DNA of 63,085 nucleotides, filler included, from Trichosphaerium sp. ATCC 40318 (taxonomy: Eukaryota > Protista > Tubulinea), in assembly GCA_038496445.1 (NCBI GenBank). It is 3 parts of 3 records of this genome, joined end to end, with 100 filler letters (N's around TTAATTAATTAA, not from the genome) between each part and the next. Parts side by side here need not be neighbours in the genome. Positions count along the whole stretch, not along the records: positions 30,404 to 51,481 come from JALMLS010000295.1; positions 51,582 to 63,085 come from JALMLS010000058.1; 1 more part is not named here. One strand, 5' to 3'. The position numbers were made by a program, and so were the translations under genes. Positions 49,110 through 61,980 of the stretch are shown here, in pieces. How positions within the stretch are numbered: the first letter of the stretch is position 1; the number at the start of each line of letters is the position of its first letter. The notes under the pieces are model-generated. The model was not told the origin of the DNA. It ran no database searches and was given only the letters and a program-made list of their open reading frames with translations.

Positions 49110-49959
49110 AATTTTAGCCGATAGGCAAAATACTGGTCTACTAGAAATGGCTGCTCGCGCAGTCGAAGGGCTTAGGTCAGATTCAGTTCAGAAAATTATT
49201 GATGAAGAGGTCAGCTTTTTCAATCAAGGCGCTAAAATAACCACACAAAATAAGATACCGAGCACTACACAAATTCCAATTGAAAACCCAAACAATTGGA
49301 TAAAAATTCCAGATGTCATTGCATGTTATGTCGACATGGAAGGGTCAACTCGGTTGAGTGCCACAACACATGAGAACAGTACTGCAAAGACGTACCGACT
49401 ATTTACAGCAACAGCAATTAAGATGTTTCATCACTTTGAAGCAGCTTATATCGACGTTAAAGGTGACGGGGTATTTGCTCTATTTGACGCAGATAAGACC
49501 TACACAGCTTTAGCTGCAACCGTTTCGTTTAAGACATTTGTACATAATGAATTCACTCCAAAAGTTAAGAGTAAAATCGATATGTCTATTGGCGGTCACT
49601 TCGGGATTGATAGACGCGCAGTTTTAGTTCGTAAACTTGGTTTAAAGTTTCATGGTGGACGCACAGATAGGCAAAATGAAGTTTGGGCAGGAAAACCTGT
49701 TAACATGGCGGCTAAACTGGCAAGTCAATCTACCGACGATACACTGCTAATATCTGACCGTTATTATAAAACTATAAACAACGAAAAGGCGCGCATGAGC
49801 TGCGGATGTCCTGATGGCGAACCCTCTGACCTCTGGTCTAAATTAGACGTGTCAAAGGATGATAAGTTTGATTTTGACACAGCCTATTCTTTAGGCAGCA
49901 ATTGGTGCGCAACGCATGGTAAAAAGTTCTGTAGCGACCTCGTGAAACTAGATGAATAA
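49096..49959 (+). CDS. pycC: PycC-like cyclase (second copy)
   Basis: Identical repeat copy. Confidence 0.85.
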   Translation: MKLSEILADRQNTGLLEMAARAVEGLRSDSVQKIIDEEVSFFNQGAKITTQNKIPSTTQIPIENPNNWIKIPDVIACYVDMEGSTRLSATTHENSTAKTYRLFTATAIKMFHHFEAAYIDVKGDGVFALFDADKTYTALAATVSFKTFVHNEFTPKVKSKIDMSIGGHFGIDRRAVLVRKLGLKFHGGRTDRQNEVWAGKPVNMAAKLASQSTDDTLLISDRYYKTINNEKARMSCGCPDGEPSDLWSKLDVSKDDKFDFDTAYSLGSNWCATHGKKFCSDLVKLDE

Positions 49960-49991
49960 GTTTTATTACACTACCAGCAATGCGCCAGAAT

Positions 49992-50324
49992 CTAAACCAA
50001 TCTTGGCTGCGGTTCAATTTTCGCCACGGCTTCATAGCGTGAAACTTTGATGTCCCCTGCCCGCTTGCGTGCTTGCGCAATGTCGTAGCTGTTCTGCATA
50101 CGCATTAGTGTGTCCATGGGAACACCAAACGCCTTTTCGAGCCGTACAGCCATTTCTGGCGACAATGCAGCCTTCTCATTGAGCAAAGCCGATAACGCTG
50201 CTCTGGTCACGCCAAGCGCAGCCGCTCCTGCCGTCACAGAAAGGTCGGCGGGTTCAATAATTTCGGTTTTTACAAATCCACCAACATGCGGCGGATTTTG
50301 TAATCTGTAGTTTCCATCGGTCAT
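49992..50324 (-). CDS. higA: HigA antitoxin (second copy)
   Basis: Identical repeat copy. Confidence 0.93.
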   Translation of the reverse strand: MTDGNYRLQNPPHVGGFVKTEIIEPADLSVTAGAAALGVTRAALSALLNEKAALSPEMAVRLEKAFGVPMDTLMRMQNSYDIAQARKRAGDIKVSRYEAVAKIEPQPRLV

Positions 50325-50335
50325 AATATCCTCCT

Positions 50336-50626
50336 TCAATGGTAATCTTCATAGTCGAGGTCGATAATCTCAATCTCGGTTTCATGGATGAAAAACGTAA
50401 TGCGCCAATTGCGCGACACAAACAGGCTCCAAGTACCCTTACGAGCGCCCTTTAACTGGTGAGCCTTCCAGCTCGAAAACACCCGTAGTTCTTCAGGGCT
50501 TTGCATGTCTTGCAAAAACGCCAGTATTTTGCGGATTTTGTCGATATATTCTGGCGGCAAGCCCGACACATCATCGGCCTCTAGTAAACGCCGTAACCCT
50601 TTGTGTTTTACATTCGCTATTTTCAT
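50336..50626 (-). CDS. higB: HigB toxin (second copy)
   Basis: Identical repeat copy. Confidence 0.93.
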   Translation of the reverse strand: MKIANVKHKGLRRLLEADDVSGLPPEYIDKIRKILAFLQDMQSPEELRVFSSWKAHQLKGARKGTWSLFVSRNWRITFFIHETEIEIIDLDYEDYH

Positions 50627-51481
50627 TAGGTTTATAATATCAGCTTATGAAGAGGTGCGTCAAGTGTAACGTTACACTGTACACTTATTATTTACCCCCG
50701 TATCTGCCTTACACCCCTTCCCTGCCAAGTAATTTGTTGGGTGGGGTCGAAGGGAATTTTCCATCGCTTGGTAAGAACTAACCGATAGACCCTGAATTCC
50801 TTTTTTTGAAAGCTGGTAGCTTAAATTTCTCTGCTTTTCGGAGCCGCTTTCGCTTGAGTGTTCTTCTGGTGCACAGGGGAAATGTCAAAAGCAGTAGCGT
50901 AGCGACTTTTGATATTTTCACATAGGTGACAGATGATAAACGTCGAAAGAGGCGTGAGGCATAGAAAATTTTCTATCTGCTTTTTGGTGAGAGCGAGCGA
51001 GACAACTACTATAACTGATTTGCCTGCGCTGCGTTAGCAGCGCCGGGCAAATTCCACTTATGTCAGGCGAAGCCTGTCCTTTTAAGGCTTTTCGCTACGC
51101 TAGAAGCCCTTTCTTTTCTACTTATTACTTTTACTTCTTCTTAGTAGGGGGAATTTCTAAATTATTTCAATATGTTGCGCGTTTAGATATAACATATTGG
51201 TGCTTAACCGCTTACATATTGGGTGGTTCACGATAACGATTCGGGTGATTCGGCACTACATATTGGGTGGTTCACGATAACATATTGGGGAGGTCAATTA
51301 TAACATATTGGGTGAGATATAACATATTGGGTGATAGTTTTGGCATAGGTATAACAAATTGGGTGACTTGTTATGGCAAGACATAACATATTGGGTGGTT
51401 TGTTATGTCCCTGTGAGTGAATAGGTCGAATTTTCTTGTTCATCCTATAACTATAACATAAATTGTGATTCATGTTATGGG

Positions 51482-51581
51482 NNNNNNNNNNNNNNNNNNN
51501 NNNNNNNNNNNNNNNNNNNNNNNNNTTAATTAATTAANNNNNNNNNNNNNNNNNNNNNNNNNNNNNNNNNNNNNNNNNNNN
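51482..51581. other. Artificial contig-join spacer (44 N + TTAATTAATTAA + 44 N)
   Basis: Identical spacer; bacterial plasmid on the left, intron-rich eukaryotic DNA on the right. Confidence 0.98.
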
Positions 51582-52926
51582 GCCCCAAAACACCACCAGC
51601 GTTGCTGTAGGCTTTGTAAACGCCGCTACGCGTCAAATATGTAAATAAAAAAGTTTGCTCTGGTTTGTTAAATCACGTGGGTTTGAAACGGTTGAATTCA
51701 CTGGACAGGCGTGAGGGTAGATCATTTAAAAAATGACAATTTGCAAGATCTGTCAGAAGTGTCAAATCCGTCAGATCTGACAGATCGGGCAGAAACTGGA
51801 TTTTTTTGCTAAAAGTCAGTCTGTCTCAAAACTTGAATGAAACAGACAATACAGTTGTATCAAAACAAATTCGAAACCAGTTTTTGCAAGAGCAATACGT
51901 ATCATACCTCTCATGGCATGGTCATATCTCAATGAGATTTGATGCTTTGATTGTAGTTTAAAGGATTAATGTTTGAAGAATAATAAAAGACTGTTTTCCA
52001 CTAGAGTCGCTGCTGTAGCTCGAGTATTTCGAAATAAGATAAGTGTAAGAACAGATTTAGTTGGTTGAGTATAGCCCCAAAAGTCGATTTTACAGAGCAT
52101 GGTTGTGAAGCTATTGTTCAAATTAATATTCTGGTAGCATCACGAAGAGCAAATTTAAGAAAACTCAACCAACAAGGAAATCAATCAAGGTAACTCGACT
52201 TAGAGGATGCAGTTTTGTTCACAATGAGCAATGCTGTCTCAATAATTAGGACCAAGACCTAAACTATCACCCTAACACGCACTGCTGCAGTTATATACTT
52301 AAACAACTGTAAAATCTTTGACAATAGCAGTGAGCAACCGCATTAACAACTGTGAGATTTTTTTATATTCTTTTATTACACTATTTTACCATCTTACAAT
52401 GTTTACTGTACTCCAAATGCACCGTTGTGAATATTCCTTACGAATCAAGTCTTATTGACTTTAAAGCAAGTAGATTGATTATCTATAAACTGAATACCAT
52501 ATCCGTGAACAATCAGAGGACGTTTGGTTCCGTGTATTGAAGGTGGGCGAGGATAAGCACCATCTATGTCAGTGCCAAATGTTGTGCAATGTTTTGACTA
52601 TGTAATGTTAGCTCAGTTCATCTAAAGCACAAAATATACCTTGCATTACATAGTATATTGTCTACAGTATTTAGATTCAAGTTTGAGAGGTGTTGTGTTG
52701 TCATTGTGGTTGTGTTTTAATGAGTTAAGTTACGACTTAAAATATCAAGTATGATTTCAATCTAAGTTCACTCAAACATTTCAATCAACTGATGTCATAA
52801 ACTACTTTATCAATGCTTGAACTAAAAGCCCAGTGCAATTGGCAAACCTTGTGATGATTGATTTTTATTTTTTTATGGTTGAAACTACTAAAACAGAGTC
52901 GCTCAATCATCATACACGCTTTTCAC

Positions 52927-55900
52927 TCAATATTGGCTATCAATCTCGACTAGCGTAGACCACACTATCGTAGCAATGTTACAAGCTATAACTTTGATCA
53001 ATGTAGCTCGGATCAGGGTAATGTGCAGGTATCCAACTAAGACAAGAGTCTACAATTGCATACAAAAATGTCTTTTACATCAATGGCAAACCATCATATC
53101 AGGCATTTTTGGCTCGGTTTTGTTCATCACTGTGAGTACGTAGTACATGCTAACAAGCAAAAACTGTTTAGCTATGTTCTAAGGTAACATAGCCTAAGAA
53201 AAGTGTCTTACCATTGATTAAGTTTTATTGAAAAATACCGACAAACAAAGGATTACTTTTCTACCACTTTCTTTGTTGGCTTTTTTTGTATTTTTTATAA
53301 GTTTACATAGGTACAAGCCCTAGTTGTTGCTGCTTTGTATAAACCAAACTAACATTACATAAAGTACGTTTTTCCCAATAGCTATTCATTGTTTCAATAT
53401 CTCCAGTGTCAAAGCAATATTGTAATACAACCAAGAAAGAATCAATGTTTATAACTTCTGGATTATTTTCAAGTCCATCATCAAAGAACTTGAATAATTG
53501 TTTCTTTGTACCAGATGTTGCTATTAGTTTAATCATAATCTCATATGAACGTTGATCAATACCAAAATTCTGTTGTATTGTCTTATATAGTTCAAGTCCT
53601 TTCTGTAAGTCACCAATCTTTAAGAAACCTTCAAGTAAAATATTTATCTGACTTGTATTTACTTTTACTTTCATTATCTCACTCATTGTTTCTAAAAGTT
53701 CTGTAGCTGCTGGTATATCTTCACAAATACATGATATAGCTGTGTTTATATGAGGATCCTTATCAGAAAAAACAGAAGTAAGCATAACACACAAAACGTT
53801 ACAAAAAAAAGAATCAGAAAAGAAAAAAAAAAAAAAGAAAAACTAAAAGCGGTTCAAGCTCTTTTATGTTTTCAGGCAATAACTTGGTATCATTGTTTCC
53901 TCATGCGTAGTGATTACAGTGATGCAATTAAGAACACTTTCATCCGTCACGGGTTTTTTTTGTTGCTTGAGTTTGAAAAAGAATATGAAGACGTAGGTTT
54001 GGGTTTATCATACCTTGTCATCATCATTATCACCATATATCGTGTCATTTATGAAGTTAATCAAGGATAATTTATACTCTTTTCTCTTTTCTTCTGATAT
54101 AACAGACTCAAATATAGCTTTCCATAGAAATGCATAGGTTGCAAGTGTCTCGTCTAAATAGAGAAATGAGCTAGAGCTTGAACCTAAAAAAAAACTGTCC
54201 CGAAAAAAATAGGCAAACACGGCCTTTGTTGTTATTATTATTTAGGAGTATGTAATAAAGTGTAATTACACTGGCAGTAGAAAGTGAATTAAAAGAAAAT
54301 TGCGCGATTCTTGAGTCACCACGTGAAGAAAAAAACAAAAAAAAAACTAGAAAAGTGCGTTTGGAGACTTCTTCTATTTTACCCTCCGCGCTGGCCAGAG
54401 AATAGTAGTTTGTAGTAAAATACGTAAAGTGTAGCAGATATAAATTGTAATAGATTATGCAAACGTACGTTCAAGTGATTCAGCAAGGGCACGTTCAAAC
54501 TCTTCCAAAGGCAATTCCATCAAAATAATAGAAAGAAGGTATGGACGTACAAAGTACTCTTTACACTCTATCATTTTACTCCTTATGGCCATAATATGTT
54601 GTAATAGATCATTAACACGTGGTACATCCTTTGATATTGTTAATGCTTTAAGGAACCCTTCAGCTATTATGTAAAGTGCATATACACAGCACGTTTATGA
54701 AGTGCATGCCATAGTTCTGAAGCGCTCTTAATATCACCATTATATAAATAATTCTTTAAAAGACAAGAAAACATTAAATGGGGTATCTCATTATCACGCT
54801 ATGGAAAGGGTGTTAGAAAGACTGTAAGAGAAAAACAGTTTGAAGAGGTTTTTTTTTTTGTTTTGTAACACGTACAAGGTCTTTAGCTTGTAGACAAAGT
54901 TGGTAGAGTAAATATCCAGCTTCTCTATCACAAATAGATAGAGACAATGCCATTTGTTTGTATAAAGCGGTTGCAACGTTGTGTAACGGTACATTACGTA
55001 GAGGTTCACAGAACTATGACTTAGTTAAAAAAACTGGCTTAATAGACTGAAAGAAAAGAAAGAAAAAAACAGACAGACGTCTTGCTGAAGCTTCCAGGCA
55101 ACCTTGATCAGAAAGAGGTTGTTATTTTTTATACGACGTACTTTTACTATTTTTTCAACTTCCCCAGCCCTTGTATAATGCCGCAACATTGCTATGTCAC
55201 TTTCTAATCCTCTTTTATTTTTTTTTTAACAATATGCATGCATTTGTAAGCTTCTTCAATCTCTGTGATCATATCTCTATCATAAAGAGCAGCCAATAGA
55301 CTATGAAAGGCCTATATAAATGATGAACGCTTAGAATAATATATTAAACGTCCTCAAGAGGGTCTAGAGTATAACAAAGCAGCTCAAAAAAAACGGAAAA
55401 AAAAAGGTACCTGGTTAGTTATGAAAGTGTTAGTTGATTTTGCATCTTCTAGTAACTCTAGTGCTGGTTCGATACGACAGCGGAGCTAAGTAAATTATTA
55501 GATGACGTAGATGATTATTGAAAACCTCAGCACGTTTTTTAATGATGTCTGAAAAAGAAAAAAAAAAAAAGAAAAAAGCACGATAGTTTCCTCGTCCTTT
55601 CAGTAATTTAGACCACCGTCAGTTATATACTCTGTTTTGTACTATACTGTACACCATAACTGACAAGAGGCCAAACAATCCGTCACATAGTGAGAGACAA
55701 AGAAAAAGTTTCAAAAATAAAAAAAAAGCGGAGTTGGGTTAACACCAACGTTAATACGAATAAGACTTGCCTGTATCCCCTAATCATCACCGAAAGAAGC
55801 ACTGACGAAACCAGGTTACGCACTTTATACGCCTGGTAAAAAGAATCAACTTTAAGCAACTGTCCTTGTCTGAATAAAGCGTCTATTGCTATGGATGTTG

Positions 55901-56233
55901 TTGTTGGTGTTTTCATATCCATTGGCAACCTTTGGTATAATTCTGTTACCATATCGTATTGTTTTTTAGCCAACGCCAAACGCATTTTGTCCACCTTTTC
56001 TAGTCTGCTATTGTCAGACAATGCAAGGTCCGCTGCACGCACAGACGGTTCAGTTTGCTCTTTTCGCGTTTAGCGACACTGAAACCGTCTCTTTTGATCT
56101 TCGGGTGTATGTCAGTGTAGCCTTGTTTAATTTTAAGCACTCTTTGGGAGTGAAACTTTCTGAACGTGGCGGGTCGCTTTGTTTTGGTGGTATTGCGCGT
56201 ATTGTGGTACCACACAGCCGATTTGAGGAACAT
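52927..56233 (-). CDS. Multi-exon pentatricopeptide-repeat (PPR)-like protein with probable mitochondrial presequence; 3' end approximate
   Basis: Helical repeats TTSIAIDALFRQGQL, AFHSLLAALYDRDMI, AMLRHYTRAGEVEKI, QINILLEGFLKIGDLQKGLELY and SFLVVLQYCFDTGDIETM; Arg/Lys/Thr-rich N-terminus. Confidence 0.75.
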
Positions 56234-56384
56234 TGGTTGGCCGATCTGATTACTTGGCTATTCTTTGTACGAACCCTTTTCTTGAAGTTATAGCAGCGTG
56301 TGACGTAATATTATCTCCAATTAAGTTGGTATAAATGTATTAGCGATCAAGCCATTTCTTTCAGTTTTCTGTTTGAGCTCACTA

Positions 56385-59300
56385 ATGTCGAGAGCCCTAA
56401 CGAGGCTTACGTACCTTGTTAGGGGCAAGCAATATTACGCCCCTAGGCAATCAAAGGCATGGAAAAGCTATTTTACTGTCCAAGCTATTTTACGCTAACC
56501 TCTTAGCACTCAGAGATACTATGCAACCACTAAAAAAACAAACAGTATTCTACGCTCTCGTTCAGGCGGGTTATTGATACGAAAGCCTACATTACATAAT
56601 GCACTACCACCGTACGCGACTTTTGTTCGTTAATTGTATACTTTCCTGCCAAACTTCATTAAATCGCTCACCATTCAACCTCTAATAGCCATGTACGACG
56701 GTATTGCGATGGACCCAAAGAAAACAACGAAAACAATAAAGGCGAAGAAAAGAACGCTGGCGTTGATGAGGATACCAGAAAAAAGGATGAGGAGACTAGA
56801 AAAAGGATGGAAGAGGAGATGGAAGCTGAGTTTGGGTTCAAACCAGAGCCTGACCTTCCACGTTTAACAAATTACATGGATTACGATGAACCTGGAGTAC
56901 ATGGATCATTTGGAGCGAGAGAGCCAATAGCAAAGCGATACGCAGTGAATGACGATGTATACATTATTTCTCCTTTTATACCGCTATTTCGCCTTTGATC
57001 TCACGTATGAACTAGCCTGAATCGCAAAAGAAGCAGGCAGAATGGAATTCAGAGTTTCAAACTGGTTCCCACGCGACTGAAGAGTTTATGGATGCCAGAG
57101 CTGAACGATTAAAAAAAGATGAAGATGTAAGTAGGAAATGGCGCACGAAGCATTTTTGACTTTTTCGTGTTTGTCCAAACGTATTTTATCAGATTAATGC
57201 TCTAGCACACGCAACACGCATAAATAGTAGCGACTACGCTCAGAGTGCATATTTTAAACGATTTTAAGCGATTTTAAAGCGTTTTTCCTAAATCAACCTT
57301 AAATACCTTGTAGGGCCTTCAAGATGGTATACGTGAATACTATGCTGCAGCAACAGAGGCAGAAAAGGGTGAGGGTGCAGAAGAAGAAGATATGATACCT
57401 CCACGTAAGAATTAAGATCATTATTTATTGGAAGTCACCTTAACACTGTTCTGTCTAGCTTCACAATGGAAATCTCCAGAAGAGTTTAAACAGACACAAG
57501 ATTTTTTTTTGGAGCATGGTGTAAAGATAACAGATCCTTCAAAATATCTTCTTGGAAGGAAGTATCCGGAGATTTTCGGTAAGTTGTCATAATAATTTTT
57601 GTTTGTGTTGTTTCTTCTTTTTTTTTTCAGTCGAAAAACTGTCCTTAACATTGATTGTATCTTGCTTTACCAATGTCCCTGTTGTTTAGTTATGCGATTA
57701 TTACTATGTTAAATTATTGTACTAAATCCATGGCTTTTTATTAGATCGTGAAGTGGAATGGTTTAGGATGAAGACAGGTCACTATGCTGAGATACAGCGT
57801 ATAAGACGAGATGTACTTCAACCTCGAGTTGATGAAATGGGTAATAAGATGGATCTTAATCCATTACATCCTCGTGATATAATGCAAAAGTGGCATGTGT
57901 ACAATCAATTGCAGACGCTTCCAATATGTACGTCATATTATTATTTGAAGATCTTTTTTTTTTCTTTTTTTTTTTATTCTACTCGCGTTTGTGTGCACGT
58001 TTTTTGACTTTTTCGTATTTTAGACAATCCTACACTTGGTGAACGATTTGGTTTATTGCAGAACCCAACATATTTCAGAAATGTGCCACCAAGAGATGAT
58101 ACAATATTCCGTCGATTGGGTTTACCTAATCCTATTATTCAACCTTTCCGTCAGATGAGACGTGCACTTGGTGTCTTTACTCCTCTCGGAAAACCTGCTC
58201 GGTTAAGAACTGGTCAATTACATGATGTAGCGGATGATCATGTGTTAGATGTCAATCCACGTGTTGATGCCTATCGTTGGTGGTATGTCTAAAACAGATC
58301 GAAACTGCTTTTTTTCTTTTTTTTTTTGTAAACTCAATTCTTACACTTGACGCTCTATTTTTAAATTTGGCTATGCTACGTATATTACAGTGTGTATTTA
58401 AAGGAAATATCGAAAGAAAAATAATAGTTAGCATTTTTAGAGGGAAAGGATATTTCTTTTTGAACTTGTTCTTTCGTAATTTTTTCTTCTTTTTTGTAAT
58501 TCAATTGATTTCTTTGCTAATAAAGTGCTCTCTAGGCATGAATGGATAACCCCTCCACAAGCTGCTGAATCTGGATACGCTGCTGGTGAGATGTATTACT
58601 TGAAAGATATTGGATACATATCAAAGCGAGATTATATGAGAGAAATGATTAAGCTTGACAGAATTGCTTACAAACGAGAACAAGAAGAACAGAATTTAGT
58701 AAAGAAGTTGCTTTCTAGAAGTAGAAATGACCTACTTACATACTATGCATCTCAAATTCATTCAAATGATAGTTGGGCAATAGAGGCTAGAGAAAAGATA
58801 GTAGGTATTCTGGCAAACTTGGATACACCAACTTTAAAACAAAGAGTCAGAACTCTTCTTTCACTTCCTGAACCTAAACTTATAACTGCACGTCAAATGC
58901 CTAAGAAGAAGAAGAAGAAGAAGAAAAAACCAGGTGTAATCAGTAGGTTTGTCTTTCAGCCTATCAAGAATACAAAAAGGAATATTCAATTATATTTTCG
59001 TGGATTAATTGCGGATTGTTCTTTCATGGTGATAGAGCTCTAGCACGAAGTGCTGTTGTCCGTGCGAAATGGGCAACTTTTTTCATGAGAAGGATGACAA
59101 AGAATGTAAGGATTCCTGCACTCGGTGGTGGTTCTGCGATGGGTATTGCTTGGGTAATTGTAACAAATAATTTTTTTTTTTTTGAATTATTTTTCGAAAC
59201 TTTAAGCTCTTTTGTACATGAGGGTTTATGCTGACTTTTTTAAATTAAGGGGGAATTATTGTAAGTATTCTCGTGGTATATCGTTATATTGGTGAAATAT

Positions 59301-61563
59301 TTGGATTTGCAAACCATGAAGTACGTTCTCAACTTGAACAGAATTTTATTTGTGAAATAGTATTCTTGTCACTAACAACTTGTTTTTGTAGTTCAAAACG
59401 CCATTGGCGTTTAATATATTAGAAGACTTTGTACAAATAATGCCTAGATTCCGTGAGTTCACTATAGGCGGAATGAGTCCTATTTTGGACCCACAAAAGA
59501 TATCAACTTTTATCTATAGAAGAAATGGGTTACGGTTGTGGTAAGTTTTTTTCTTGGTTATTTTTTAAGAATTTCTTCTTTATTATTTTCTTCTTTTCCA
59601 TATTAATCAATATTTTTTAGTAACGTTTCAAATGGACTATCCAGATGAGATAACGTTTCAAGCAAAAATTTGGTTTGGGGTACACTAGAGCAGTTTTTTT
59701 CTTTGATTTGGAAAAGAATACAGAAAAGAAATCGGAATTTTGTCTAACGTTTATTAGAGCGTCAGTGAAGAGGAAAAAGATAAATGGGTGCCTTTCTTGT
59801 TCACAGTTACTCCAGCTAAGGTCAGCCCAGCCGGTATGATTACTAGTTTATCTAAAAACGATGCTAAAGAGTATACACATCTTTTTGACACGTAAGTTTT
59901 TTTTGGACTTTTTTTTAGTCGTTCTAGGCAACGCGTATTGCCTTATTATTATTTGAAGATACTAATTATTTCTTTTATAGATTTGTGTATGATTTCAATC
60001 AATACTGTAGAAGTGCTAGAGTAGTAACACAAAGTTGGTATGTATTCCTGTTTTTTCTTGTTCTTTTTGTTTTGTTCTTTTTGTGAGGTTCCACTAAAGT
60101 GAGCTAAACAACTTTACACCGATGCAAATACTTTATGAATATTGCGTAAATATGATAATATGCGCACTACAATTTTAAACGATGGGGATTTCTGAAGAAT
60201 TTTTTTTTCTTGTCGTTGTTACATTTAATGTTAATGTGCTTGATGCTACTCTATCCTTGTTTTACTTAACATAAAATATTAGAAATTCAAATTTTGGCAT
60301 TATGATAAATCAAAGATTGTCGGACAACAATCATTTCCCTATGCGTACGTAACAAACGAAAAACAACAACAAAAAAAGTTATTCAGTTTTTTATTTTTTT
60401 TTACTTACCACTTTTTTCCCTCTTAGCTATTGAACAAAAATACCATATATTCCCACGTGTAGACGGACCAAAACTATGGAAATCAAGCCGACAATTTAAA
60501 GGAACATCTTATGGTGAAACACGTTATTATGAAGACTTTCCACGTAAAGAAAAAGTGGTAGAAGATACAGTGGATCCAAAGTTAATTGAAGCTGAGGAAG
60601 CTAAATATGATGACCCTAATTCTTTTTGGTATATCGATAAGACAGGTCTTACAGAGGAAGATATAATGTATAAACAAGCAGAACTTATGCGTAAGTATGT
60701 TGAGGAAGCTCCTATAAACCCTGAAGAGCAGGATAAGCCTGTAGATGAAGAGACACGTAAACGACAAGAAAAGTTTAAGGAAGATGTTTATTTAAAATGG
60801 TTTGAGTGAACTACTCCTCCTGATTTTTTGCACCTTGGTTTGAGAATAGAGCTATTAAGAGTCTTGGTGATCGTCTTGATTCAACACCTTTCGAGTATTT
60901 GCACTATAAGGTGATCTTGATACGTGTGATGATGAACAACTTGAGGAACTTTATGAGATGGGTACAAGAAGGAAAGTTTACTGAAGAAGAATATGATTTA
61001 GATGGTTTCAAAGAAGCGTTCTTAGAATATATTTCTAAAACTCATCCAGTATATCATGATCAACATACTGGAGGAATGGAGGCGTTCATGTTTGAGTCTC
61101 AGGACCATCTAAGCAGAATATGATAAAAAGGATGCATGATATGGCGAAGACTGTCGACTCTTTGGAAGGTAAGAAATGTTTTCTTTTTTTTTTTTTCGCT
61201 TTTTTTCTTTCGATTTGTGTTTGTTGATTGCTTATCATTGTTTTTTGTTATAGATGGTCAAGTATATATTGATCCAAAATATATTGGTAAGGGAGATGAA
61301 ATATACTATGGTAAATTACCAGAGAACTATAAGAGGTAAGGAAAAGAGCAAAGGGAAAACACAACATTTTGTTTTTTTTCAGAAGTTCCACAACTTTTTT
61401 TTTGCCTCAACTACTAACACTACTGTGTAGGTATGGTGATGAAATTGAGTCTGAATGGTTACGTACATTCGTATTTGGAAAAGACTACAAAGAATGGCCA
61501 TATCCATACCCGCCATCCCATCATCTTTTTCAACCACCAGAAGAGGCTTCCGGCACACTTTGA
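56385..61563 (+). CDS. Large multi-exon hypothetical protein with probable mitochondrial presequence
   Basis: Splicing gives MSRALTRLTTQRYYATTKK; many GT-AG-bounded coding segments ending ...PPEEASGTL-TGA at 61563; a few apparent indels. Confidence 0.7.
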
Positions 61564-61924
61564 AAAAAAAAAAAACCAAAACAACAAAAGAACAAAGCGC
61601 CTTTTTTTTTTTTTTGGCAACAAGATGAGTGTTAATAAATAAATGTTTGCCAAAAAGGCCAATACCCATGTTTTGTTGACAACTAGCTTAAAAAAACACT
61701 TTAACGAGAAATCATCGTGATAAATTGATGGGCGAGGCATGGTACTAGCGTGTGTGGAGGTGCGTGTAAGGAAATCCAGAGTCTTTCAAGTGTGTAGTGC
61801 CTCCAGTATCTGAAAAATCAGAATTTTTTGAGTTATACTTCAAATAACAGAAACGGATTGCAAGTCGCCAAGATGTCTGTTTACATCTCGAATTATCATA
61901 CCAGGTTAATAGTATCCACTCCAA

Positions 61925-61980
61925 CCACTTTCATCTGTTACTGAAGTGTCAAGGTGAATAGTATGAACTCCAGCAAATTG
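61925..61980 (-). pseudogene. LRR remnant (AGVHTIHLDTSVTDE)
   Basis: Same repeat type as 22975-23165, no intact ORF. Confidence 0.4.

Larger units (their letters stand above)
30404..51481. mobile_element. ~13.0-kb mobilisable plasmid (probably alphaproteobacterial), assembled as ~1.6 tandem units
   Basis: 30404-38488 recurs at 43396-51481 (offset 12,997 over most of the repeat); rep, par, mob, T4CP, resolvase and TA genes all present. Confidence 0.95.

Noticed and set aside
43396-51481. Tandem amplification of the defence cassette
   Set aside because: Both contig ends fall within one circular permutation; best explained as assembly overlap
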